A stretch of 63,763 bases of DNA, counting the filler, from Licmophora abbreviata (lineage: Eukaryota): assembly GCA_900291995.1 (NCBI GenBank). It is 12 parts of 12 records of this genome, joined end to end, with 100 filler letters (N's around TTAATTAATTAA, not from the genome) between each part and the next. Parts side by side here need not be neighbours in the genome. Positions count along the whole stretch, not along the records: positions 1 to 7,400 come from OLMU01003080.1; positions 7,501 to 10,774 come from OLMU01003084.1; positions 10,875 to 15,995 come from OLMU01003085.1; 9 more parts are not named here. One strand, written 5' to 3'. The position numbers and the translations under genes were made by a program. Shown one piece after another: positions 1 to 11,771 of this stretch (position 1 is its first letter; every line of letters starts with the position of its first letter). The notes beneath the pieces are model-generated. The model did not search any database, had not been told where the DNA came from, and saw only the letters and a program-made list of their open reading frames with translations.

Positions 1-324
1 CTCTGCCCTCCACTCCATGACGTGCGTCAACTTCTCCATGGAGTACTCGAGAGGTCTACGGATCGACATGTCCTTCGAGTATGGCTTAGAGGCCACCGAC
101 AGAATATAAGCATCGCTCAGGTAGTTGTAATCCTCGGGAAACTCACACGCCAGTTCGGCACGAATAATGGCGAGCTCCTCGGGCGTCACCCGGAAAATGC
201 CATCAGCGCCGTCTTCTTCTTCTTGCGCGTCTTCGAACTCGTCTTCCACGCCTTCGCTGATTTCCGCTTTCGCCTTTTTCGCTTCTTCTTCCGAGAGCAG
301 CTTGGCGTCTGTTGTCGATGCCAT
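1..324 (-). CDS. Probable CRAL-TRIO/SEC14 lipid-binding protein, N-terminal part (runs off the window edge)
   Basis: My own minus-strand translation from ATG 324 is open to position 1: MASTTDAKLLSEEEAKK...YLSDAYILSVASKPYSKD...EYSMEKLTHVMEWRAE. This resembles the CRAL-TRIO N-terminal helices ending in WR. Absent from the ORF track because the stop lies outside the window. Confidence 0.55.
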   Translation of the reverse strand, partial: MASTTDAKLLSEEEAKKAKAEISEGVEDEFEDAQEEEDGADGIFRVTPEELAIIRAELACEFPEDYNYLSDAYILSVASKPYSKDMSIRRPLEYSMEKLTHVMEWRAE

Positions 325-779
325 TGTAATGAATCAATGAAAGGAGCCTTCTAAAGAGGGAGCACGCAAGAAGTGAAGTCCAGTCTCGCTCTTGATGGCG
401 ATATGCCGAGCGGCGTGTGGTGCTTGTGACCCAGATGAGCGAGTGAGAAACGTGTACGACTCTACGCAGATTCGATACTGAGACTCAACGCAGGACACGC
501 ATGCAATGCTGCCGAACACCAGTCATAAGTAGAATTGTCAATTCTGGACTTCTAACGGAAATAAATCGCGCCTTCGACCTCGCGGTGGCAGAACAAGAAG
601 ATCCGAATCAAATCCATCATCCATCACACTACGACAACAATGGACACAGTAGCCGACGACCAGCCTTGATTTGACAGTGTTGAATACTTTGAACCTACCC
701 TACAGCTCCCAACACGTGGGTTTATCATAAGGAGGGGTCCAACACGCTAAAAATTGCTCGAATCAACTCGAAATCCGTC

Positions 780-1949
780 ATGAGCACCGACACTCCAGCC
801 GCCACCCCTCCAGACGTGGTCATGGTCGACTACCACGATCTTGTCGAGGATCCTGGAGTCGACAATAATCTTTCCAGTGCTCTCGAACGGGCCTACGGTT
901 CCACTTCGTCGTCACTAGGAATCCTGGCAATTCGGAACGTTCCTGGCTTTGCCGAGGCCAAGAACTCCTTTCTCCCGTTCGCACATTCTCTCGCCCATCT
1001 TTCACCCGACTATCTCGAAGCCAATTTGGTCGACGCCAAGTCTCTGTACAATTCTGGATGGTCCCATGGAAAGGAAAAGCTTGGAGACAAACCCGACTTC
1101 GCCAAGGGGTCCTTTTACTTTAATCCGCTGGCGGACACGCCTGGATCGGAAGCGGAACGAGACAAATATCCTATGAGCTATCCAACCAACGTGTGGCCTT
1201 CCGATGAAGTCTTGCCACAGTTTGAAGAGAAAGCAAAGCACCTGGGTACACTCATGAAAGACGTTGTGGTTCACTTGGCGAAACACATTGATGCGTTTGC
1301 CGAAGCGACTGTTGACGACTATCCTTCCAGCGCACTGTTTAGTGCCATGGAGAAGACGGAGAAAGCAAAGGGTCGCCTCTTGTACTACTTTCCACTCCGC
1401 GCGCAACCCAAGGACGAGAACGACAATACTGCGTCTCCCGCTCCACAACCAAGCGAAGACTCTTGGATCGGTTGGCACAATGATTCTGGCTTCTTAACGG
1501 CACTGGCGGGAGATATGTACGTGAATGATGAGACCGGTCAAGCGGTGGACTGCCCCGACCCCGCCGCCGGCTTGTACGTGGTCGATCGGAACGACAATGT
1601 CGTGCATGTGAAGATGCCGAAAGATTGTATGGCGGTGCAAATGGGCGAGTGTGTGCAGATATTGACGGGCGGTGCCGTCGTGGCGACGCCGCATTGTGTA
1701 CGAGGTGCGGCGAATGCCCCTGGTATTGCGCGGATTAGTTTGCCTTGCTTTATCGACACGCCGCCGACTTTCCCGTTGACAATACCAAGCGGATCTAGTA
1801 GACAAGACGTACTGTCCAGAGGAGTAGGAAGCTCTCGTGTTCCGCCCTTGGGAGCGCGATGGACGGAGGATGGCATGTTGTTTGGCGACTTCTTGACCAA
1901 CACGTTCTCGTGCTACTACGACTGGACGAAGAAGAGTGGCGATTCTTAG
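780..1949 (+). CDS. 2OG-Fe(II) dioxygenase, isopenicillin N synthase-like fold
   Basis: 389-aa ORF with GILAIRNVP, GWSHGKEK and RLLYY, the facial triad WHNDSG...TPHCV, and a downstream RIS motif. Confidence 0.85.
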   Translation: MSTDTPAATPPDVVMVDYHDLVEDPGVDNNLSSALERAYGSTSSSLGILAIRNVPGFAEAKNSFLPFAHSLAHLSPDYLEANLVDAKSLYNSGWSHGKEKLGDKPDFAKGSFYFNPLADTPGSEAERDKYPMSYPTNVWPSDEVLPQFEEKAKHLGTLMKDVVVHLAKHIDAFAEATVDDYPSSALFSAMEKTEKAKGRLLYYFPLRAQPKDENDNTASPAPQPSEDSWIGWHNDSGFLTALAGDMYVNDETGQAVDCPDPAAGLYVVDRNDNVVHVKMPKDCMAVQMGECVQILTGGAVVATPHCVRGAANAPGIARISLPCFIDTPPTFPLTIPSGSSRQDVLSRGVGSSRVPPLGARWTEDGMLFGDFLTNTFSCYYDWTKKSGDS

Positions 1950-2327
1950 TGTATGATTTCATTAGCTGTTTATTGTGTAGTTGACTGTGGGGTTGCACTT
2001 GCTAAGAGTAGTGTCTCGAAAGAGCGCTGCTAGTCATCGACAAGTATGCCTCAGGTCGCGCGCGACCTTGCAATTGCGGGTTCCTGAGGCCAGCTCGTGC
2101 GGACAATGAATCTCGAGTAGATAAGCCCTTCATCACACATGAACGACACTGTTTTATTCCTGTCTTGCATTGAGCTAAATTTTCTGCGGAGAATCGTTTT
2201 AGGCTAGCCAAGGTCGGTGCTCATCATGTCGTCGAGCAAGTTCAAATTGGGCAATGGCCTCATGTGATGGCGGACGAAAGAATGTTTCAGTTTGTAGGCT
2301 ACGAGCTGCGAGCTCCTCGGAAGATGT

Positions 2328-2352
2328 TTTCGCGCCTTTTTTTGGCGCGAAA
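2328..2352. promoter_or_regulatory. Inverted repeat TTTCGCGCC-T7-GGCGCGAAA (E2F-consensus-like), about 185 nt upstream of ATG 2537
   Basis: Perfect 9-bp arms are directly visible. A regulatory function is inferred only. Confidence 0.35.
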
Positions 2353-2536
2353 GCACATCAATAGTGATCTACGTAGATTCTACGTACGACCCGTCATTTC
2401 AAAACGCGATCGTTCTATCATTCTCACTCTCGACACATTGAACATCCTCGACACAAAACATGCCACCGACATCGCTGTTGGCTTGATGACAGTGTTTGTT
2501 GCCCGTTGTATCTTGATCAAGACTTCTCAGTCCATC

Positions 2537-5511
2537 ATGTTCTCCTCTCGCATCCTTCGTTCCATTGCTGTCACCGCACAGGTGACTTTCGTGGCATGTC
2601 TCCTGGTGTTGGGCTCGAATCACCGTGGAAGCCTAGGCATTGCCGGGGCCGCGTCCATCGAAGGCGATGGAACCCGCTCGCATCTTCGCCATGCCGCTGA
2701 TGATAGCAGTACCCGAGAGCTCTTCGATCTTCCTCCTCCATTCGACTTCTACAACGATGCCTGTGCGTCGAGCTGCGGGTCCGACGGCGAGGACCTCGTT
2801 CCCTTTCTCAACGCCTGTCCCAAGTGCCCCGACAAGTACGAAGCGCAGCATTGCAATCATTGCTGTCTTGGCGGTGCATCTTCGCTCAAGTTGCGCTGGC
2901 ATGGATGCCCTGGACGCGTTCGCTTTGCCTCTCCGACACAAGGCTTCGACGACTGTGCCATGGGAGCCGACGAGATGTTGACTCAAGCAAGCTTGCGCTT
3001 TGTCGACTGCGACTGCTACGACACGAAAGTTGCCAATGCGATGGATGGTCAAGATACTATGCCTACGTGCCTTCTACGTACTTCAATCACTGTTCGGAGC
3101 CCAAACGACTACGCAGCGGACATTTGCATCGTATCTGTCAGTGCGGCAGACGACGGCACTCTGTCCATTGGTCTCTCCAAGCCTCTTCCGCCGATCATTG
3201 GTCTTGTTCACGACACGACTGAGAACATTGATAGCTCCAGCGCATTCTGGGTGCCGTATCCACTCACGACCTACTTTGATACGACGTGTGACTTGATCGA
3301 CGACTCCTCTCTTCCGTTTGTCCTTCCAATCTTTCCTGGATACGGCAAGTTCCCCAACACATGTCCTACTGACGGCTTGATTGATCTTCAACGCGACGGC
3401 TATCCAGAGCTTCCAGATCCCATAGACCACTACGATGGCGAGCCGCCGGCCGAATCTTTCTGGTATGAGTTCGTCGATGGTACCAGCACGGCGTTCTGGC
3501 CGCTGGACGAAGGAGCAGACGACGACGGCTCATCCGTCTACTTCGATCCTACTTTTGGAACGTGCGCGTGTCGAGAGTGTACCGATGCCCCCACGCCTCG
3601 GAATCCTGGTCCACCTGCACCTGAGACATCGCCATCGACGTCAATGCCGAGTCAGGGACGTAATCCTGGTCCTGGAGCACCGCCAACTCAATCTCCCAAG
3701 ACTAGTGCGCCGTACTCTCCGAAGGGTTCAAAGACTACAGCTCCTCATGGAAAAGGGAAAGGAGCTAGCAAGACGTCGAGCCCGAAGTCTGCACGGACGC
3801 CGGATCCGAGCACGGTACCTCCCACGCCGAATGTGAGTGTCGTCTTGTCAAGTCTTATCTTACACGGACACTTTTGAAACATGACCTTTTCAGCCAACAT
3901 TTTGTTCTTCCAATTCTCTCTGAGCAGCCAAGCGATGGACGCAATCCAGGGCCGGGGCTACCGCAGACAAACGCGCCGTCGACGACGTCCAAGACATCCG
4001 CCCCTCATGGACAGGGGAAAGGCGCTAGCAAGACGTCAGGTCCAAAGTCAACACAGACGTCAGCTCCGAGCACAGATGGTCCGACACCGAGCGTGAGTAT
4101 GACCGTATCGTGCTATCTTACACAGCCACTTCTGATGCGTTGTCTCATTGGATGGTGTCTCGTTCTCCCTCTTCTCTTTTTAGCCAAGCGAGGGGCGCAA
4201 TCCAGGACCAGGCGTACCGCAAACAAACGCTCCATCGTCCAAGACGACCGTGCCACCGACGGCGATGCCGAGCAAAGGACGCAACCCCGGTCCCGGAGCA
4301 ACGCCGACTCAATCGTCCAAGACGAGCGCGCCATCCACTCCCAAGGCCGTGAAGACTACAGCTCCTCATGGAAAGGGCAAGGGAGCTAGCAAGACGTCGG
4401 CTCCGAAGTCTGCATCGACGTCCGCTCCGAGTACGGCTGCTCCTACGCCGAGCGTGAGTATGATCGTATAGTGCGCTTTGCAATCTTGATACTGTCTCTG
4501 CATGGCTAAGTCAAAAAGTTTCTCCTCTGTATGCTCTATAATTCAGCCGAGCGAAGGGCGCAATCCAGGGCCCGGCGCACCGCCAACAGAAGGTCCGTCA
4601 AAGGAGCTTACGACAGCCTCGCCATCTTGCTCGCCGAAGTCTCCCAAAACAAATGCGCCGTCTCCTGCACCTGTAACGAAGGGACTGAAGACCTCGAGTC
4701 CCACCATGTCTCCTACGGCTGCGCCTTCTCAAGCTCGTAATCCTGGACCTGGATTCCAGACGCCGGGACCGACGCCGAACGTAAGTGCCCACGTTAGCAA
4801 TGATATTGATAATCTCAGTGTTTTTACGCGCCACGTTAACCGGATCATCTCCTCCCAACTTGCCTCCGTCTGAATCTAAAGCCAATTTCTGCTCCGACAG
4901 CGGTGCCGACGGTGTTGTCAACAGAATCTCCCACGTCTATGCCCACGGAGGGTCCAACGCGGTCGCCAACGGTGTTGCCAACAGAATCTCCCACGTCCAT
5001 GCCCACGGGGGGTCCAACGCGGTCGCTAACGGCAGCTCTCACGTCCATGCCCACTCCTGCTCCTACGAGACTGCTCACGGCAATGCCAACAGTTTCCCCG
5101 ACACCGTTGCCTACTACGGCTGCACCAACAGGAGTCCCCACCACTGCCCCGACGGTTTCCCCGACGCCGCTACCATCAGTTGCGCCGACAGGAGTGCCAA
5201 CGTCTGAGCCGTCGAGTGGCCGCAACCCAGGATCTGCAAATTGCCCGCTTGCTGAGTATGCAACTTGCTTTGGTTTCGCGTTCACTCAGTGCTCCACGAA
5301 AGCATCTGCGCCCGCCTACGACGCAGTTTGTGAGTACAACCCGAATGGTCGTCGCAAGCTTGAGGTCATCAAGTCCTTCGTCGATGAGGCCAGCAAGGGC
5401 GGTCCGACACTCAAAGCGCTCAAGCAGATCATCACGAAGGAGTCGGTCGAAAGGGAACTTCGTCGTCACGCGGAGGCAAGCGCCAAGATCGCTGCAGGAA
5501 GCGCGGCTTGA
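2537..5511 (+). CDS. Secreted Cys-rich plus Pro/Thr/Ser/Lys-repeat protein (cell-wall, adhesive or silaffin-like), 5 exons, about 864 aa
   Basis: ATG 2537 is followed by a hydrophobic signal peptide and ...LRHAADDSSTREL (RXL). Exons 2537-3832, 3928-4092, 4184-4453, 4547-4780 and 4882-5511 are joined in frame by phase-0 GT-AG introns of 95, 91, 93 and 101 nt. Contains RNPG x8 and APHG[K/Q]GKGASKTS x3. Confidence 0.75.
4906..5055 (+). repeat. Coding tandem repeat, 60-nt unit (PTVL[S/P]TESPTSMPT[E/G]GPTRS), about 2.5 copies
   Basis: The lines starting at 4921 and 4981 are nearly identical at a 60-nt offset. Confidence 0.85.
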
Positions 5512-5652
5512 TCAAGGGAGTGAAAAAACAGAAATAGATTTACTGCTGTGTACATTCGGTCCTTTTGTCGAGGAGTGCATGTGTGCTGTTGAAGCTGCAG
5601 TGTAACAAATGTAATTCGAATCCCTTCTTCACGTTCAAATAGTCTGTTTGTG

Positions 5653-7215
5653 CTAGAGCCGCCGTTTCTTGATAAAGAGGAGAGAGATCGCCGAGCAGAA
5701 AAAGTAGACGGCCGAAAGCGAAATCACAACCGCATAGCCTACTAGACTGTATTCCTCTTCCACATAGCCATCGGGTGCGACTTGAGTCGGTTGGTGGCCG
5801 ACAGCGTACAGCAACGGACCGCCAATCAACGGACCAAGTGCTGAACCAAGAAAGCCGGCAACACCCCAGATCCCAAGTAGTTGGGCACTCCCACTTCCTT
5901 CTTCGTCGCTCCCATCATCGTCTGGGAGTGTATCAACCGCCATGCTAGTCTCCATTGTAAGATACATTCCATTAGCACTTCCCAGTACAAGGCAGACAAT
6001 GGTCACATTGTCTAGCGTGGAGCAAAGTAGCAAAGCTAGAGTGGCGCTTGCCAGAATAGCACATGCCGTATATACAAAGGGCGTCCTTCTACCACCCAGC
6101 AGTCGATCGGAAGCCAGCCCGACGGGGTAACACGTGCAAGCACCGGCAAGCTGACCTAGAATGGCCAACATGGCCACTGCTGACTCGGGATCGTCTTTAA
6201 CGCGGATAATGTCATGTAGAAAGTACATGAAGAAAGTCTGGATCGAGATTCCCATATAGTAGAAAGTTCGCGACACTGTGCATACAAAGAAATCGTGATA
6301 TTTGGACGAATCGATGGTATAAGATCCTTTCAAAATGTGCCAATCCATACTTCGCAAGGGATCGTACAACATGGTGCGAAGTATGAGCCCTGGCGACAAG
6401 ATGGGATGTCTCGTAGATGCAACTCTCAAGTTGTTGAGTCTTCGGTGAATTCGAGCTAGTTCGACGTCGCCATCATGCGCAAAGCTGCACGTCAGTATAC
6501 TTGTAAAGATGACAATGCATATGTAGAGACCGTACATGTTTGGCACACTCTCCCCCAAGACGGAATGAAATACGCCAAACCCAAACAGCGACCCGGACAC
6601 AAGAAGCAGAGCTAGTACGCCGTTGGCTCTCCCAATTTGAGATTCAGGAACCTGATCAGGAATAAGAGCGATCATCATGCTGTAAACTACATTAAGTCCA
6701 ATCATGAGTGCAAAGAATGCAAAACTGTAGCGTATCCAGAGCGACCGATTCGATGCAAGCATCTGGCCAAGCAATCCACCGACGGTGCAAAAGGAGCCCA
6801 GAACAAGGTATGGCAGTCGTTGTCCGATATCGTCCGTCGGTGGTCTGTAGGTGTCGCTCAGCGTTCCCGATAGAGGAGAGATTAGCTGGGTCACGCCAGC
6901 AATGGCAACAAAAATACCCAGTGCGACACTCTTGGGGATGGACGGATTCTTGTAGTGAATTCGTTCGCATTCAACAGGCAAGGTGATCAGAAACAGTGTC
7001 GTCATCACGCACCCGTACGCAAATGCAGTCGACAACATCGCAGCTATCGCCCCCTCGTTCAGTGTCATCTTCGGCGCTTTCCCATTGGCTTGGACTTGAT
7101 GCCCCGCCTTATCACTAAGAACAGCATCATCATCTGCTGCGGAAAATGGAGGAGGACCATCAGTTGACCCATATGTGTCGCTTGTGCAAAGAAGCGACGC
7201 TTTCGAAGGATCCAT
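5653..7215 (-). CDS. Major facilitator superfamily transporter
   Basis: About 12 hydrophobic segments, with MFS loop motifs GTLSDTY...GQRLPY and GLASDRLLGGRRTPF. The first ATG is at 7215 (the ORF track extends to a non-ATG start at 7266). Confidence 0.85.
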   Translation of the reverse strand: MDPSKASLLCTSDTYGSTDGPPPFSAADDDAVLSDKAGHQVQANGKAPKMTLNEGAIAAMLSTAFAYGCVMTTLFLITLPVECERIHYKNPSIPKSVALGIFVAIAGVTQLISPLSGTLSDTYRPPTDDIGQRLPYLVLGSFCTVGGLLGQMLASNRSLWIRYSFAFFALMIGLNVVYSMMIALIPDQVPESQIGRANGVLALLLVSGSLFGFGVFHSVLGESVPNMYGLYICIVIFTSILTCSFAHDGDVELARIHRRLNNLRVASTRHPILSPGLILRTMLYDPLRSMDWHILKGSYTIDSSKYHDFFVCTVSRTFYYMGISIQTFFMYFLHDIIRVKDDPESAVAMLAILGQLAGACTCYPVGLASDRLLGGRRTPFVYTACAILASATLALLLCSTLDNVTIVCLVLGSANGMYLTMETSMAVDTLPDDDGSDEEGSGSAQLLGIWGVAGFLGSALGPLIGGPLLYAVGHQPTQVAPDGYVEEEYSLVGYAVVISLSAVYFFCSAISLLFIKKRRL

Positions 7216-7400
7216 TTCCTCTGTAGACTCGATGGCGATGCTTCGGAACTTTCTTAGACACCTCACAACACTGAAAAGGCTCCAATGCGTGAGCTACTGT
7301 CTCCCATCATGCTTATTGTTGCTGTGCGCTGCGTGCTGCGGGACGATTTGAGATTTGGGATGATCATTCGAGCTTTGAGCTCCTATACCGTGCGTGCGTG

Positions 7401-7500
7401 NNNNNNNNNNNNNNNNNNNNNNNNNNNNNNNNNNNNNNNNNNNNTTAATTAATTAANNNNNNNNNNNNNNNNNNNNNNNNNNNNNNNNNNNNNNNNNNNN
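7401..7500. other. Assembly spacer N44-TTAATTAATTAA-N44
   Basis: Identical 100-nt linker with stops in all six frames. Confidence 0.98.
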
Positions 7501-8199
7501 GTTGACGGTACGGCAAGATGAAGGCATGGTACTGTACCAGCTAGTCGATCCTCGAGCCTCGAGGTGATGAAAGCTGATGTCTTGCTGTGATGGTTGTTGT
7601 GTCGTCGGTCGTCGGTGTCGTCGTCAACGTGGAGCTTTGAGCTTTCGCGGTGGACTGAGTTGTATGTGGTGGTGGCCTGTCCGTCGTAGAACGACATCTA
7701 ACTGTGATTAAATGTGCTATTCAGCTACGCTTACACAATAATAATAAAGTAATATTCCGAATTGACAAATAATTTCATAAACAATGCATTTATCTCCGTG
7801 CAGTAATCTTGAGAGCACGTTTCAATCTACTGAATGATCCAGACCACTCTGGCGAATTGAAGTCTTATGAACTTTATTTATCTCTGTATGCATAATAAAA
7901 TTTTTGGCCGTGGCACTTTCGACCAGCCACGAGCAAGTCGACCACAGCGGTGCAACGCATGCACCTCCTTGGCGATTCCAAGCGTACCGCACAAGAAAGC
8001 AAAGCGCTTTAGGGGCGAAACAAAGGGAAGCAGCGCTTATTTTCTTGAGCAATTGAGTTCAAAAAGCTACTGTACGAACTTGTAAAGGAGACGTGACGAG
8101 AAAGAGCGGGTATCGATGCCAGGTTTCGTTTTCAGTTTCGTGTGAGGTGACTGACAAGACGATTCCAATTTTGTAGCACCGCTCGCTTTGCCCCCAAGA

Positions 8200-11100
8200 A
8201 TGAGACCCACGGTGTCTTCACCGCCAGGACACGGCTCTGCGCATGGCTCTCGGTCCCAGTCGAGCTTTTCGCAACCAAGTGTAGCTTCGACAGATGGATC
8301 GTCGTATCAGACGAGACCGTCGACAGATGACTCGCAGCCCTCGTATGGCTACAATCGAAGGCAACAGCAACCAGGAACAAGCGACAGCAAGAGTTGGACT
8401 CCATCCACGCCGACTCGAATGGCTGCGTCTGCGTCACGCCTGATTCAGACCAACAGGTCAATTTATACCGGCGGCGCTCGAGCACCGTCACCGACCTATC
8501 GCCCAGACTACAGTCGATCCCAACATGCAACTCTCCCCGACACGCAGCGCACATATGCTGCCAGCGATGTAGGAGGGGCGCAGCCGTATCCGTCACCGGA
8601 TCATGCTCGGTTCTCAGCCTATGTGAATCGATTTGCGTCCCATGACCCTCGGACGTCTCCCGCCCCAGTGGTTGCGCTCAAGTCACCAAAGAGCTCTAGC
8701 CGAACCGGCGGCAAGTTGTCGGATCGTATTCATCGATTTCAAGTGGCGCCCTTGCAGCGAGTTCCTACGGACGAGGTGCAGTCACTTGGCGGTTCCGAAC
8801 AACAGCCTCTGAGACGAGTACCCACTGATGAATTGCAGCCCAGTGGAAGCTTTGGACATGGTCAAGGGGAGCCTGCGATTAGACCGAACGAGGGCCCGGC
8901 TTCGCCCGTGCATTCCTCGCAACAGCATCACCGAGGGTGTGGATCATCTACCAACAAAGCAGCCCGTGACCCTCTGGGTCGTCCAGCACCTCATCAACAC
9001 GATGGAACTGAGTCGCCTCGACCGATTCCGCCGTCTCCCCGACAGCGACGCCAAGAACGATTGGCCAATGCCCAGGGTAGGCGGTTTCAACCCGTCGCAC
9101 CTGAGAATTCGCTTCCGCAACGAGGCCGGGAGGCTGTATATGGGAAACACATACCTGAGGAGAGTCGCGTGGCTGAGCCAGTGGCTACGTCGCGGTATAT
9201 GGCGAGCGATACAAGCCGGGGCTCAATTGAGACTCCATCTCTGACGAGAGTCCAGGACTTGAAAAAACAGTTGTGGGATGGGGACGAAACGCTTCAGGTC
9301 CAGGTTCAACCGTCCTTGCACGCGTATGGTGAGACCAGACCATTCAATAGACACTGGCTGCACTTTAATGGGCCTGAAATGGCAGGCAACAAGGGGGAAC
9401 GCACGGCGCGATCGCTGTCTCCTGACCGTAGACCTTATCGGCGATCGGGCAAGTCCAGCGCTGACCCGCCACCGAGCACCACGTCTGACATTGCTCAGCC
9501 TTTCAAATCTAAGTTCTATGAGGCGGCGATAGCGGCGCAACGAAGCGGGATGCAGTCTACAGCCTTGCCCAACCAGCCGCATAAAGCCAGATCTCAGCCG
9601 TCGTCTCCGAGAAGACCAGAGTGGAGATCCTCAACGGACAGGAAGCCTTCTTCGCCGACGTATCCCGTCGACCGAGCTCATTCGTCATCGGGATCTGGAA
9701 CGGCCGAGAACACAGTTGCGAAGCTGGTGGCAAAGCTATCTTCAATAGACCGAGAAAATCCAGCGGCTGCCTTGGCAAAGATCGACTCCATTCTTCGAGC
9801 CGAGAGCTTCAGTAATTCTTCGTCAGGGAATCCCAGCGAACAAGAACTGCGAGTCAAGGTGACACCGACAGCTGGTCCGCCCCCAGATCGAACACTATTT
9901 GACGACGAAATGCCGCGGCGTTCTAAGAGCGATGGCGACGAACATCAGCAAGGGGACGGGGAAGAAGAGGCTACCGAAAGCGACTCGGATGATGAAACAA
10001 GCGTCTCATCCATCACAAATCCTACGTATCAGAGTCGGCACCTGAAGGACTCCCGAGGGGCACTTGAGCAAAACAAATCAACAGCAAACTTTCGCCGTCC
10101 CCGTCCATCTTCTCTTCAAGGGTACTCGAGTGGTCATATTGATCGTACAAGGTCGCCGTTGCAAGAGGAATGGCGCGGCAAGTCCAGCAGCAAGTCGCGG
10201 AAAGTACGGTCGCCCCCTCCAACAACGATAGAGGTTTCGAAGACCACTGAAGTACCAGAAAGCACAGGCGGAAACAGCGATACTAGCATGCATGCTACCA
10301 TGAGTGGGCGGGCGAAAAAGTTAGACAGCTTCATGTCAAGCCAAGCCGCCTTGGGAATGACAAGAGACGATGCAGCAGCTATAGCTTTGAAGATTCGTCT
10401 GTGGGATGAAATGAGTAGTCCCAGCCTGAGCAACAGATCAATTGGGGCACCGGATGAGGAAACGACCGGGTCGACAGAGTTAGGAAGCATTGTGACACCC
10501 TCACAGAAAACTCCAGTCGAATCTGCTTCTGGGGCACCTAGCCCGTCTCGTCGTTCTCATCCATGGGATACGTATCACAAGAGAGCTTCCACGACTACAA
10601 AGGAACCGCTCGAAACTAGCATGTGGAGCGGGACAGGCATGGAGGTTCCCGTTGCATCTCCACAACCGACGACGTCCGAGCGAGCACGAGAGCGGGCAAA
10701 GGAATATGCGAATGACCCGAGCTTCTTTGGAGATGACTTTGATATGGACCCCCAACTAGTCGAAAGCAAAAGCTNNNNNNNNNNNNNNNNNNNNNNNNNN
10801 NNNNNNNNNNNNNNNNNNTTAATTAATTAANNNNNNNNNNNNNNNNNNNNNNNNNNNNNNNNNNNNNNNNNNNNAACCGAGATTGACCTTAAGGATGCGG
10901 CCCCGCCGATCAAGTCCTTTGTCTCCGAGCCCGAACAAGAGATGGAACCGCCTGTGTCGGGACGGGTGGAGAGGGGTCGCAAGCCTCGTCGTGGATTCTT
11001 GAAGTCTGTGCTGCGGAAGAAGGGTGGCACACCCAAGGCATCGTCTGAGGCATCGTCCGCTTCTCGTAAACCTGACCCCACAAAAACCAAGAGCAAACCG

Positions 11101-11340
11101 CTTCTGAGTGCTTACGCCATGGATTCGGTTGCGGAAGACGAAGAGTCAAAGCGTCGCAACCGCCGTCGTTTTTCTCGTTCGCGATCCCCTGGTCGTCGTC
11201 GCTCCAAGTCACCTTTTACGCGACAACGTCCATCGTGGGATGAGGATGACACAGAAGAAACGGCATCACTGGAGAGTGCACGATCGCGGAACTCGCGCCT
11301 TGCGCAGAAGTTATCACGTTTCATGAAGGTGTACGACTAG
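8200..11340 (+). CDS. Large intrinsically disordered Ser/Pro/Arg-rich hypothetical protein, interrupted by a gap
   Basis: The ORF is open from ATG 8200 to the gap at 10775. After the gap a frame is open from 10876 (TEIDLKDAAPPIKSF...) to the stop at 11340, with similar composition and an RS-rich tail. Joining the two parts is an inference. Confidence 0.65.
10775..10874. other. Assembly spacer N44-TTAATTAATTAA-N44
   Basis: Identical 100-nt linker. Confidence 0.98.
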
Positions 11341-11771
11341 TTAGTTACACGCCATTTCGCAGATAGAGTATCAGTCGCACATGCTTGACTTTGCTGTCTC
11401 CGCTCTCTAGCTAGAATTCAGTGGCCACGTGCCGCGCAGTCTTTGTACCGTACCAGGAAGTGGAAGAGGTCGCTCGCGAGGATATCTAGAATGACGACAA
11501 ACCCCAAAAAGCAGTCAACAGTCGTTGCGGTCGGGCTACTGACAATGTACAAGGTACCGTGAGTCAAGTCGTACACTCTGGAGCTAGATGCCGCAGGGTC
11601 CCGTAGACTAACACTATCAACAACTATCAACAGCAAGAAAGAAACAAAAGCGGTGTACAAAAAGGCATAAACATGCGCAGGTAGAATTATATTTTACAAG
11701 TAAAAGTACAGTAAGCAAACAAATAAACAGTAGTGCAGTAGAGCTTGGCTTGAGACTCGTGAAAAAGGAAG

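Noticed and set aside
3590..4780. Regularly spaced repeats with unique intervening sequence (CRISPR-like)
   Set aside because: The repeats vary at third codon positions and encode GRNPGPG, and the intervening parts are coding sequence or introns. No cas genes; eukaryotic context.
7501..8100. Non-coding stretch with an AT-rich patch next to a gap, a possible transposon end
   Set aside because: No terminal repeats, target-site duplication or transposase/RT coding remnants visible.
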